Both the position numbers and the translations under genes were made by a program. A DNA stretch of 64,000 nt, from positions 70,846,954-70,910,953 of the forward strand of contig JARDVH010000031.1 of the NCBI GenBank assembly GCA_030324005.1, written 5' to 3'. Every line of letters starts with the position of its first letter. Position 1 is the stretch's first letter. Positions 22,199 to 34,911 of the stretch are shown piece by piece. This DNA is from Negaprion brevirostris (Eukaryota). The notes under the pieces were generated by a model, which saw nothing but the letters and a program-made list of their open reading frames with translations, did not search any database and was not told the origin of the DNA.

Positions 22199-23958
22199 TT
22201 TCATCTAACTGAATTAAACTCTTGGATTAGTCAGGATAGGTAGCAATTCTCAAAGCTGATTCTATTATGTGTCTCCACTTGTAGGCTCTTGTGCTACAGT
22301 TACTCAGCTGTGTATTTGGGAAATTCTAAAAGCTGAAGCTTTACTTTTTGCAAGGTATTCCAGCCTGGGCAGGGGTGCAAGAAATCTAACTCCTCCAATG
22401 ATCCCCGTGGAGCTTTCAATCTGTTCTTAAACCAAGGAAATGGGAAGCAGCGAGAATGTGTTAATGCTGCGTACAACTTCTTTTAGAATGGACTCAAAAG
22501 CCAAGTTGAATTCTCATCCCTACCTTGAGAAAAATAATTGAACTGTTGCTGAGTTCATTCCATCAAAACATACCCAATAAAAAACAGTGCCACTTTTAAT
22601 AATCCTTTGTCCCCACTTGGGACAGAACATTCCACTGCAATGAATGCTCTGTTTTCGATCGAGCAAGTTAGGAACATCTCCAACAAGTCAGTTAACAGCA
22701 AGGAAATAAAGAAGGCTTTAAGTACACTTTTAAAAAGACTCAGTTNNNNATTGCCCTGAATAAGTATTAGATCTAAACCATTACAGTTAGTTACTTGGAG
22801 CAGTTCAGCTTCTGATAAAGCAGACTGAGCAAAATCTGCTATGTTCAAATGCACAAAAAAAGCTGCTTGCTTCATCATTAACTAACTTGTTATTGAACCT
22901 GTCCGAGGTGGTTCCAAACAAGCTAGCTTAAATTCAATTGGTCTGCATTCTCACATGTGTTCACGGGAGACTTGGCTCAGATAAGCTTATCAACTCTCAC
23001 ACCCTTGCGTTTCTCACTAGAAATGATCTTTTTTCTTCCAAGTAGCAGAGTTGACATAAACAATGCACGTTACCATTCTTACTCAACGTTAGAGTACGTT
23101 TTGCATGGGGTTCAATTACTCATGCTTCCGAAAGCTTGAGGTCTGCTGGAAGTAGAATGTAGGGGTAAGGTTGGTGTTAAATTTGAGCTGAACAGGAACT
23201 CCTCATGGATCTGTTTTCTCTGTAAAAAGTCTCTCAGGCAAAATTACGTTCAAAGACTAAAGGGGGAAAAAAAAAACTGAGAGTGCTGTTTCAGTCATTT
23301 TTGCATTTTAATTGCAAGCAGTGTATCAAACAGTGAGACTAAAAAATGTTTTGAGGCCTGTGCTCCGAATTCTGTACAGGATTTCGGTCACATTTGGGAA
23401 CAAGGATAAATTGATATAACATTTGGTCCAAGAGACCAAACAAGAACTTATGCTTAGTTAGTTTGTTAAGTACCAGTTACATGACCAACTGCATCAAAAC
23501 AAAATACAATGACAAGCATTACAAACAAGAATTATTTCTAAAATAATCGAATAAAGCCAATATAAGAGTGCCTCATGGAGACTAATACTCAAATCCAATA
23601 GTTATCAAGCGTGGTCATGTCCCACCACCAACTACTACTCCTCTGGCAAAGGTTTAACAGGACCAAAATGGACTTGTGAGTAAAATGCCTAATTAGTTCA
23701 GTATAGACCTACAGGTACGCCATGAACACAGATGGTTCAGCTGTTCATTCGTGCTCTAGGAAGCATCAGTTGTAAAGCATTTAATGAATGCTATCAGGAC
23801 AAAGGCTCACTTTTACGGAAGGTGGCACTGAAGGAATCAACCACAGCAAGTTTGGAGGAACTTAGTAGAATGAACTTGATCATAAAGGATCAAATCTGTA
23901 CAAATGCAAGCACAGTGAGAATGCCCTGGATATATCACAATGGTAAGCATCTTTAATC

Positions 23959-24113
23959 TTTTATTTATCAATTCATGGGACTTGGGCTTCGCTGGCTGGC
24001 CAGCATTTATTGCCCATCCCTAGTTGCCTTTGGAGGGCAGCTGAGAGTCAACAACATTGCTGTGGCTCTGGAGTCACATGTAGACCCGACCAGGTAAGGA
24101 CGGCAGATTTCCT
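23959..24113 (-). mobile_element. SINE family B, 5'-truncated
   Basis: gctggctggccagcatttattgcccatccctagttgc...gctgtggctctggagtcacatgtag is near-identical to 4450-4560. Confidence 0.85.
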
Positions 24114-25096
24114 ACAATATTTTCGTGGTCAACTGAGCATAGCTAACAGAAGTTTCAATCTTCCCCAATTGGTAATGCAAGGGTTAATTCCTTCGCTGAT
24201 TAGCATTGTTTTGTTGACCTAAAGTGTATTAAGTATTTGGATAAAACTGATCGTAACCTCAGAATATTTCAGATTTTCCCAACATGCCATTACTGTAAGA
24301 CTAATGTCACATTTTATATACCACATCCCTTCTGTGCACACTCTCCCCATACCACTATCCGCCCCCCCACCCCCCCATCACTTAAGAGAAAGACAGCATT
24401 TTATTAAGGTGGCTAAATATGTCTTGGACTAGGTACATCAGCAGCAAGACGTTATTCACCTACTCATCACATAAGAAGCAAGCAAACAATTGCTGAAGCT
24501 AATTTCTTAATTAGCTTAAATGCTAAATGCTGTGTTCTTGACCTGTTACCCGGTAATATCCAGAGAAGATCAGCCAGTGAGCTTGTAGTAGCCAGTGTTA
24601 CTGTAAACAATGTTGAGCTCCTCTATTAGGACAAAAAGGCCCAGTCTAGGTGGGAAAGTGGTTAAATTTATGACACCAAGCTCCTGCAGGATTCCTACAT
24701 CCAAGATATCAGTCCAGCCAGATGCCAGTTGAAGCCTTTGCAGACAAATCATCTCTATACTTGGCCAAGTAGTGGGGAAGTGGCAGGTGATCACCGTCAG
24801 GAGAACGGGGTAGCTGGGGCAATTCACGTTCCTGCAAAGGAAACTATGAAAAATAAATTACTTATTTTGACATCACTCTGGTCTCTGTTGTTCCCGCCAC
24901 CCTTGCTTGTATCTGCTGCACCTTTGGCTCCATTGCTTTAGTGCCCAATGCAGCAGACAATATAAATATTGTCAAGATTAGAATGGCATAATCAGAGCAG
25001 GACTTCTGTGTTAGCGTGTTTGGTGTATGGGCCAAGCTGGCTGGTCAGAACATGCTCGTTGACAGGGTTTGGTGAGTAGGTTGCTCCAGGCATTTT

Positions 25097-25543
25097 GGGC
25101 GGAAATTTACGACCACGTTACACCTGTTTTTGGGCACAACACGGTCGTAAAATGGGGCATAAAGTGATTGGCGTGAGTTTTCGTGGCTGGCGCCATTTTA
25201 TAACAATAAGATTTGCGGTGCAGTCAACCTCTTGCCGGAAACGGGCAAGAGGCTGGTTAATGTATTCATATTTATTTAAATGAGTATTTGAATGTCATCA
25301 GCAAGCCCGGCTCAATTGTCCACATGCCTTTATGGCCTTGCCAGAAGAGGTTCTCGCCGGTGAGGATTAGACATGCGCCCATGAATGTGGAGCAGTCAAC
25401 TTAGCCTTGTGGATGGAACAGAAGTTATTAAGACCCCCTTATTATTACTAAGAAGCCGAGGACAAGGGTCCGGGGGGGGTGGGGGGGGTGCTGTCCCTGA
25501 AGCAGTGCCAGACTCACAATGCCACCCTGGAACTTTGCCAATG
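25097..25543. mobile_element. Harbinger-like non-autonomous element end (runs into a gap)
   Basis: Starts gggcggaaatttacgacc with a subterminal hairpin (atttacgacc...ggtcgtaaaat). CpG-rich relative to its flanks. Confidence 0.55.
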
Positions 25544-28500
25544 NNNNNNNNNNNNNNNNNNNNNNNNNNNNNNNNNNNNNNNNNNNNNNNNNNNNNNNNN
25601 NNNNNNNNNNNNNNNNNNNNNNNNNNNNNNNNNNNNNNNNNNNTTAATCTGACACCGTCAGGCAGCTAGAATGTTTTATTCTTCCTCTCCCCCTCAAAGA
25701 GGGAAAAAGGAAAAACAAAACATTTACGTGGGTACAGGAGAGCTGGCTGCTTCTTTCAACACAGGAAACCAAGAGAAACCTAGTGGCGACTTACAAATGA
25801 GGAGAGCTCTTTCTCAACAGCTAATCAAGGCTGTGCTTTTAAATACATGAAATGATAGCTCTTAAAGTTCACCATAGTTTCTTTATCAATGTCGTCATCC
25901 ATTCAGCACTGCATCTCTGTAGGCCTTAATCTGAGCAGACATAACTGCTGCATACCCCTATCACCTATCCATGAAATCAGATGGCATCACTTCTTTTTTC
26001 CAAAAGTATTTTGCTACTTTCTTCAATTACTCTTGATTACTTTTGACGTTTAGAACAAAACTGCAAGCTTGGTTTATTTTCTAAAAGGAAAAGAAGTATG
26101 ATACATGTTGAATTTTAACATGTTATGTGTATAAAAAAAATTCGGCTTGTGTAGGCAACGGGCGGGTTGCTTGTCTTGGTATCTCCATAATCCTTTTATG
26201 CAAACAAATCCGTGGCTTTTATAACCTGCCCTTGATCGTAAAATAAAACCCAACATCACACAGAAAGTAACAGGAAAGAAGCCAATTATGTCCTTCATCT
26301 ATTGAGGAAAAGGGGATCCGAGCAAGATGTGCTGACGCTCTTTGGTGTGTCTCAAAATTCAAAATACGAATCAATGAAAAAAAAAATAAAAGCTTCAAAG
26401 AAAAGAAACGCCACATTGAAAGTGAATGTTGGGATTTCAGTAGCACACATCAAGAGTACCTACATTTACAGTTAAAAGGGAAAAAAATGGAGTCAAATGT
26501 AGATACCCAGATTTGTTTCTGGCTAGGTTTCAGAATTTTGCAGACTGGTTTCAAATGCAAGAGCCTGAAGACTGAAATATCTTGTCAGATGCTATCCCAC
26601 TCCCTCAACTCCCTTTTGCCACCCATCCAGCCATAGCAGGAGTTAATGCCCAGGCCAAAGCCTTGAAAAGAAGGGCCTCACCTCCAACTAAACAAAAGAG
26701 TCTACGTAAAACCTATGACTAATTAGCAAAAAACNNNNNNNNNNNNNNNNNNNNNNNNNNNNNNNNNNNNNNNNNNNNNNNNNNNNNNNNNNNNNNNNNN
26801 NNNNNNNNNNNNNNNNNNNNNNNNNNNNNNNNNNAAAAACAAGGGGGGGAATCTAATTCAGAAAGAGATCTTTTTTTTGTCCTCATGCGACCAGCAAGCT
26901 GTTTTCATTTCCTGTCAGAAACCCTTGAACACTAAGAAGTTACCTGACTCAGCTTCTTGTCGAAATCAAATTCAGTTGGAGATAACAGCTAATCATTTGT
27001 CACCGTGAAGCAATTCCCTGAAATCTGAGGGAAAACCCACAGCTGCAATCTGCAGTCCTGTCAGATCAGAAGAAATTACATTCTGTGGTGACTAACCTCT
27101 GCTCTCCGAGCACTAACAACAGCAGTTGACTCTATCAAAACAGAATATTATGAACCTGTAGCACTTTGAACCACGGTGAGGCAGCTCATTCCAAATTCTC
27201 TCTCTCTCTCTCTCTCCTCCACACCACCTCCACCACCCCCCCACCCGCTCTCACACACACAACTGAAGACCTATAGTCACATACCGTGGCCTAGCCTCAG
27301 CCTCAATTTTCACCACCAAGTGCAGTTTGTTGCATTTTGTATCTACATAGTTATGCGCACATAATTTACGTACCAACCGAAAAGCATTTGTCAGCTGAAG
27401 TCATGCATTTGCCATCTAGAACATTTAGTGTGAAAAGAGGAGGTAGCACTCCGAGTCGGGAACAGTTTTGTTTTATACATGCAACACTGAATCTGGGAAT
27501 ACAGCCATATCACATTTTCCATACTTAATTTCTTTATTCTCGGCCTCGAAGACAGCGTGATTCTGTTTGCAGCATCGGCTGGGAAAGTACAATATTGCTA
27601 GTGTTTAAAACTGGGTTAGCAATGAATTTTGTTGTGTCAGTAATTCATTAAGTCAGTGTCATCTACTTCACTAGTAATCACATGTAAGTAATATAAAATA
27701 TTTAACCTACTATCATAAGAAGGGACTTTTGTCATGTCACCACAATTATAAAATGTTTTAAACAATGTCCAGGATGGAGTAATTAGCTTTCTGTGGAACG
27801 TTAGCAAGTATAATACATGCCTGCAGCTTCTAAGTAAAACACACATCTAACATGCATATTTTGGGTGGGGAACAGATGAATGCTACTTATAGCTAACAGG
27901 ACATACATTTATGTCACAGGATATGCAGGATGATAAGGATTGATTGGCCTGCTTTGTTTTTATGCTGTTTCATATACTTACTAATACCAGTTTAATTCTT
28001 TGACTTAATGTTGTGGAAATACAAATACTTATCAAAGGTGAAATGGCAGTAAAGCAGAGAAGGTCTATTTCTAATCCTGCGCCTTCATGTGGTTCAGCAC
28101 ACTGGCAAAACACAACTAAGTGTGATGATCAACTATTCTCTCAATGGAAGCAGTTACGACTATGCTATTATTCAGCTCCCCCTCACCAAAACTTCTTTTA
28201 ATGGCATTTTTTCCCTGACATAGAACATGAAAATTCAGCCCATTTTCAGGAACGAAAGGCAAATTCCTCTCAAACACAAACTGCTGCTCCTCCTGCCGTC
28301 AGGTCATTTCGGGGAACCCGGATATTAATCCCTCGAATCGGCCATCACACTTCTTGTTTGCACCTGATCTGGATTACTTGGGAGACTCCACAAACATTTT
28401 CAGAGCATTTTTCCAGAGCAAAAGAAAATCGCTCACTCTTCTGAAATTTAAGCAGCCAATGCTGAGGAAGATTTCCCAGGAGTAGTCAGATTTTCTCAGG

Positions 28501-29809
28501 TTTAACTAAATAATTTATGCATTCTTTCAGTTTGGCAACGTGAAGCGATTCTAGCCTTTACAAACCACAACTCCTCGAGAGGCAGAAAAGAGACTTGTTC
28601 CTGCTCAGCTGAATAACTTGAAACAGCTAAGGTGGAAGAGCTCTGTACATTTTTTCCTTTTTTGACCAACCAGGAGAGAAAATATCAGTGCCAAAAATGC
28701 TGAGTGGAGCATAAATCTACTCCCCCTTGAAGATTTCTTTGTCACTTGGAAGCACATAGGGTGTGAAGAATGGATAAAGATGGTGCACTGTGTCGATGCC
28801 TCTCCCGTCCCTATGTCAGGATTCAGTCATTGCCAAAGGGATAATTTGCTTTCCCTTTTGCACATTCACGGTGAAAGATACCTCTGAGATAAGATGATGG
28901 AACTGAGGTAGGAGCCCCTGCAGTGGACAAGCAGGGCATCTTCCACCTTGAACACCTACAAGACCAAGAAAATATGCATACAACTGTTTCACCTGTTAGC
29001 CTCAGGCCAGGTAAAAATCAGAAAAACCATATTTATTACCACAGGACTATAAAACAAAATGCAGGCCATAAGGCAAGAAAAAAGTACCCGAGTAGGAAAC
29101 TGAGTAATAAATACCACTTCACCACCAAAAAACACTCTTTCATGTAGTGACTGTACAAATCGAAGTGGTTTGACATCTCAACCAAATGGGTTCTCTCCAA
29201 GTGAGTGTGATACTACTGATCTTCTAAAAGACTTACAGCCTCATGGTGTTCTTACTCCTGTGATATAGCAAAGCTCAAATGAGCTGGACCATTCTCAGGC
29301 TGGCTCAACGCTGACGAAGCATCCCACCTTCAATTCATCTTTCTTGTAAGATGACAAATTTCCCCTGTTCCAAAAGAAATCTGAACCCAAATTTGGAGCT
29401 GAGCCCAGCTTTCTTGTCGTTGACACAGCAGTTGCAAAATGTCACATCTGGCTCCACGTTTCTTTGGTTGGGTACAGTTCAAATTCAAGTGAAGCAAATT
29501 AGACATTTGAGTAATAGCTGGCTGGTCCTTGTCAAACTTAAAGTCAATGCATGTCACCGTGGACATACCTCTGCGATATTTCAGCAGCAGGTACCAGAAG
29601 AGACTGCAAGCTGCAATCAATGCTGTACAGACATCAGAGTTCACAATCTTGACACATAGCAAACCAGAATGATCATTCCAAAGTGATATGACATCACATC
29701 GCAATCAGGATCAAAGAATCAAAGAGCTTAATCAAAGGGATTCAATGGAAACCATTGCAACATGAAATATGGCAGCCATGTCCATTTAATTGTGAGTCAG
29801 TCTCCCAAT

Positions 29810-30468
29810 GGAGGGAGAACCTTCCCTGATTAAATCAGAGAGTGGAAGAGGCTCACGCAAGAATCCTGGCCATTGGTAGGATGTCAATTAGGCCCATCAA
29901 TGAGCCAATTGCATCCATTATCTCTCAGACCACCGCTTGTTAGTGGTACCTCAGGGATTATTGGGAGCTGCACGACTTCCGTGTGCCCTGGAAGGCCACC
30001 CAGCAAACCCTACTGGGTATGCCAGTGGCCTCCTAGGGGAGACAAAAGGGTTACCGAGCACTTTGTACATGATCCTGAGATCTGGTGTCAGGAAGGGGAG
30101 GATCCGCTAAAAGCCACACTCCTGCCTTTGCCTCTGACCCCTCTCCCAACTCCTCCCCCACTGCTGTGACTGCCACACTCTGCAACCTCCATCCTGCTTT
30201 CTCTCACTGTTGGTCTGGGCCAGCATGGTCCTCTGGTGACTGCTGTGCCCTCAGTAGTTACCACTCTCTATGATGCGGATGGCAATGACAAGCTACTTGT
30301 TTCTGATTGGTGGGACTTCTGCCACCAAGTACCTCAATTGTGGGGGATGCTTGATGGTGGCTATTTAAGAGCCTGAGGGACACTTGATTCCACGGGCCTC
30401 TCCCATGTAAACAACGAGGGGCTTCCTGCCAATTCTGATCAGAGGAGAAGGTCTATTATCAAAATCCA
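29810..30468 (-). mobile_element. Decayed DNA element of the 1997 family
   Basis: tctgattggtgggacttctgcc and ctatttaagagcctgagg segments; ends taaaatccag-like (tcaaaatccaga). Confidence 0.4.
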
Positions 30469-30479
30469 GACTATAAAAA

Positions 30480-30704
30480 ATTACAACACAGAAGTAGGCC
30501 ATTCAGCCCCTCTTTTTCTTGTCTATAATGGTTAATGGTAATCTGCTTAATCTAACATATCTTTGGAGTTAGAGAGGAAACCTGAGCACCTTGCATACAT
30601 GGAGAGAACGTGCAAGCTCCACACAGTCACCCAAGGTCGGAATTGAGCGCAGGTCGCTGGCACTATGAGGCAGCATTGCTAACCACTATGCCACCATGCC
30701 GTCC
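30480..30704 (-). mobile_element. HE1-like V-SINE, decayed, internally deleted
   Basis: gagaacgtgcaagctccacacagtcacccaagg...gaggcagcattgctaaccactatgccaccatgcc. Confidence 0.85.
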
Positions 30705-31301
30705 CTAATCCAACAAGATTACTTTTGTTGGGAGACACCAGCAGGAGCTTGCGTGATTGGCACTGGCTGCACACAATGTATCAACAGAAGGATCATCTTT
30801 GCAATCACCTCAGATAAAACCATACTATGTTAAATGGGATAACATCAGTTATCAGATAAGATCATTATGCACACTTTTGTGACTAAACTTATTTTTATTC
30901 AGTATTACTTCTCCAGTGGCATGACATGCCATTCAGTCTCTGGATATCTACATTGGTAAATGAACAGCCTAGCTCAGAGGCCAACAAAATTCTCAAGCTC
31001 TACACATCAGTATTGACTAAGTTATCTTGAATCAGCTGACACATTAGTGGAGCACAGCAACTGGCCACGGCATTTGTTTTCTGAAAAGAGCCAAAATTAG
31101 TTGCAGCTTCTGCTCCTTACTGCTATCCAGTGACTTATATCTGCAAGGGCGTATGCGCGAATGCCATGTGAGACAAATTTGGGTGTGATTCTCTCATCTT
31201 CGAATAGCCGCTTACCCTGTTGGAGCCACTGTTGACCTGCCTGGTGCCGATCTTCCAGATGATCTAAAGATATTCCAGGAATGCCTGAACTACTTGACTT
31301 T

Positions 31302-31449
31302 AAAGACATGCTGGTTAGGTGCAGTGGCCATGCTAAATTCCCGCTCAGTGTACCCAAACGGGCACCAGAATACAGCGGCTCTGGGATTTTCACAGTGGCT
31401 TCACTGCAGTGGTAACGTAAGCCTACTTGTGACATTAATAAATGAATTT
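31302..31449 (+). mobile_element. V-SINE alternative-tail subfamily, 3' fragment
   Basis: ggccatgctaaattcccgctcagtgtaccc...gtaagcctacttgtgacattaataaat is the reverse complement of the tail at 47243. Confidence 0.8.
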
Positions 31450-32559
31450 CGACTTTATATGTTGGCAATACAGCAGCCAATTAAGAGGGAAAAACAGGAC
31501 AATATGACAAGGAGAAGAACTGGACCTAGTTTTTACCATGAATTTGCATTGTAAATTCAAACCTATATTGAGATCAGGGTAGCATGGTGGGAGGATTACC
31601 TTCTATTAAAAGATTATTTCAGTGCAGTTCCTCAGATAAATTAATGGTAAAATTTACTGCATGGCATCATACTGAACTGCATGCACTGAAAGCTCCAACT
31701 TTTATCCCTGACCTATACTGAGTTATATGGCTTCAGGCTGGTTGCACTGTGGGTGCCCAACTGGCCTCATTTCAGGTAATTGAGAAAAATTAGTCAAGAG
31801 TTCTGTTGCCCAATAAAACAACTGTTCAGGAAAATGAATCACTAATCAAAAAAGGGATGGTAAACAGAACAATATTTCTCTTTGGCCCCAGGTTGAAGTA
31901 ACCTGATGCACATACCGCTCGAACTGTGCAGCAGAAGACAGATATGCTTAAACAGCAAAGTAATAAAAATCAATATCCTGGAATATTCCCCCTCCTCGTC
32001 TGTGATAACAGCATTGGTATTAAGTTTTTCACATGTTGCAACAGTGCCTATCAGTTTCCACTGTTCTTCCTACGCCAGCTATTACAGGGCCTATAACCAC
32101 CTGGGGACCGCACTGGCAGCAATGCTCATCCCACAGAGTTGACCAGATGCCAGCTTCATTGCATCAGCGTCAATTTGTTTCAACCCAAACTGGACAAGGC
32201 CAAGGCACACAGCTCACCCCCACCCACTCTCCTTTGCAAGGACTTACAAAACACACTGCATTGTTTCAACAGAAAAAAAGCAAAAGGGTAGGTAGGCAAT
32301 TCAACTTATTTTTATACTTTCTTTTGTACTGTTGTGATTATGGTTGCAGAATATTTAACCCTTGAGCTCCCACGTATAATTAAGCATTCCATTTCCAAAA
32401 GGCGAAATTTTTAGCATTGCTGCATGCCCTCGTCATTCATCAGATTGGAATGACCGCCTCAGTTTAAACTGAAAAGAGAACTGGTTGTTGCCTGTAATAA
32501 TAACAAGTGCCCATCTGAATTCTTACATTTTTGCTTTTTAAAATATTTTCTCATCAGAT

Positions 32560-32875
32560 TTCTTCTCTCCGGAAGATGCTTTTTCCTTGCTGGAATCCGA
32601 TTAGATGGTTGTCAGTTTCCTTCCCCAAATGACCACTATTTGGGTGTGAGCCTTGATGGTGCATGCCAGTGGGCTATGCAAGGACACCACAGTCAAGGCT
32701 GATCCTACCCTCACTGTATTTCCAGGCACAGGCTCTTCCAGAGGGGGATCCTTGATGGTGGCCAAATTTGGGAACTGTGGTTAACTTTACCAACCTGTCC
32801 CTGGAACACTGATGTCCACTGGAGAGCCCCTATCTATTGCCTAGACTGGGATTAAATAGCTGCACAAACTGGGTC
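32560..32875 (-). mobile_element. Ancient tRNA-SINE (family C), decayed; related copies at about 30975-31270, 31660-31830, 34340-34600, 39845-40220, 44760-45010, 48510-48830, 49790-50080 and 51290-51640
   Basis: Shared degenerate motifs across copies: gaccag(g/a)a.ggtcccaggttc, aattggcctcagt, gtgagcct, gaagaat.gccacttgg, cccagca.gag.cagcac.ttcagga. Boundaries are approximate. Confidence 0.5.
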
Positions 32876-32880
32876 TAGAG

Positions 32881-33081
32881 CAAAAACAGAAAATACAAGT
32901 ACTCAGCAGATTTGACATCTGCAGAGAGAGAAAGGGAGTTATGGGCAACAATATTTCATCAGGACTGTTCTGAATTTTTGGCAGAATTGACCGACATATT
33001 AATTCTGTTTCTTTCTCTACTGATGCTGCTGGATCCGCTGATTATTTGCAAAATTTTCTAAATTTAATTTCCTATTTCCAG
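32881..33081. mobile_element. Inverted pair of Penelope terminal repeats (palindromic element)
   Basis: Left arm caaaaacagaaaat..actcagcag..catctgcagagagagaaagggagtta; right arm taattctgtttctttctctactgatgctgctggatccgctgattatttgca is its reverse-complement homolog. Confidence 0.65.
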
Positions 33082-33372
33082 TGGAATTTTGCTTTCAAAA
33101 ATCTAGGATCTTCCTGGCTCGTACAACACAACTTGTCACTTAAACCTGCTGAGCTATCAGGGGAGTCATAATGCTTTTCCTTGTGTTAATCTTATTTAGA
33201 GACTGCTTTCATTCCATTTTGGTAATAAATGTGCTAAAAGTCGACATTACTGCACCGAGATTGCTGCTCAATTTAACTGCATGTGACAAATAAACCTGAA
33301 ATTCTTCTTGCTGTTGTACAGAGTTTATGTTAACAAGGGTGGGGAGGAAGAATGGATTTTAATTCTTCTTGC

Positions 33373-33594
33373 TCCCAGTGGGGCTCAGTTAACTTATTGA
33401 ACTCAAGTGTGATGCAGAATGATGCCAACAGTGTGGGTTCAATCCCTGTACTGGCTATGATAGTTCATGGAGGCCCGGCCTCCTTGCCTTGCCACATGCT
33501 TGCTGCGTGCTGCCCCTCAAGCTATATATAATCAATTGTCTCTCTCTAATGGAGAGAAACTCCTATAGTCCTCTGTGGACAATGGCTAATTACT
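33373..33594 (+). mobile_element. tRNA-derived SINE (separate family)
   Basis: Box A-like ggctcagtt, box B ggttcaatccc, and a tail gtctctctctaatggagag...ctatagtcctctgtggacaatggc. Confidence 0.6.
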
Positions 33595-33896
33595 GCTCCC
33601 AATGATTGAATCTAGCATTCCCAGATTGAACTGTGTTAAATCCTTCTTCAACCCATGGAACTGCTTCTACATAAAGTGGCTCCACAATGTACTGAGGCAT
33701 CTGCTACTTTGAACTCCACTCACTTACATTACTGGACAGATNNNNNNNNNNNNNNNNNNNNNNNNNNNNNNNNNNNNNNNNNNNNNNNNNNNNNNNNNNN
33801 NNNNNNNNNNNNNNNNNNNNNNNNNNNNNNNNNNNNNNNNNNNNNNNNNNNNNNNNNNNNNNNNNNNNNNNNNNNNNNNNNNNNNCTGGTACCTAC

Positions 33897-34136
33897 TTCT
33901 GTGGAGTTTGCACATTCTTGCCATGTGTGCGTGTGTTTCCTCCAGGTGCTTTAGTTTCCTCCCACAGTCCATAGATGTGCGGGTATGGTTGATTGGCCGT
34001 GCTAAATTGACCCTAGTGTCAGGGGGATTAGCAGCGTTGTTGTGTGGGTTATGGGAATAGGGTGGCATTGTGGTCAATACAGACTTGATGGGCCGACTGG
34101 CCTCCTTCTGTACTGTAGGGTTCTTTGAGTCTGTGA
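33897..34136 (+). mobile_element. HE1-like V-SINE (head lost in gap)
   Basis: gtggagtttgcacattc...gctaaattgaccctagtgtcagggggattagc...tggcctccttctgtactgtaggg. Confidence 0.9.
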
Positions 34137-34604
34137 AAATCACCAGGGTCATTGCTTAGTTGCTTTAAGCGTAGCGAATATACCAGGCAGTTGAGGGAAA
34201 ACTTGTGAAGAATTGACATTAGTCTCAAGTGACATACAAATGTAAGTTCAAATCTATTCTGAAACTACGACAGAGATAGATTTGTAAACCTTCATGAAAT
34301 GATAACTTCTGAATGGATTGGATAAATACATTGCATGGTGTGGTGTGACCAAAATCACCATGGAAGTCAAGGATTTGAATCTGGGTTTGTACTGTGTCTG
34401 AATAGAACTGAGGAGTCAGGATTAGACCACTATTTCATTGTTAAATCAGTAATCCCTGCACATTGATGTGTGGGCATTGAGTGAGTATTGACTTTGAATG
34501 CAATGGTGATTTCAGTAAATTTTCTACTGAGATTCATTTACATATTATACAGGAGAGACTGCTTGTACCTGTGGAACTCTAGCTCAGTAGGCATCAGTAT
34601 ATTC

Positions 34605-34911
34605 TAAAGTTTATTTACTAGGCTTACAAGTAGGCTGACATTAGCAGCACAATTAAGTTATTGTGAACGTCCCCTAGTCGCCATACTCCAGCGCCTGTTC
34701 GGATACACTGAGGGAACATTTAGCATGGTCAATGCATCTAATCAGCATATCTTTTGGACTGCGGGAGAAACGGGAGCACCCGAAGGAAACCCAGGCAGAC
34801 ACAGAGGAGAACGTGCAGACTCTGCACAAACAGTGACCCAAGCTAGGAATCGAACCTGCGTCCCTGGCACTCTGATGCAGCAGTGCTAACCACAACGCCA
34901 CCGTGCTGCCC
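34605..34911 (-). mobile_element. V-SINE, alternative-tail subfamily, full length
   Basis: HE1 head and V-domain, but the tail (plus strand) is aaagtttattta..caagtaggct..cccctagtcgcca..gcctgttcggatacactgaggga. Confidence 0.9.

Noticed and set aside
21642-22208. 188-aa His/Thr-rich ORF
   Set aside because: Artefact of a stop-poor CA/CT repeat.
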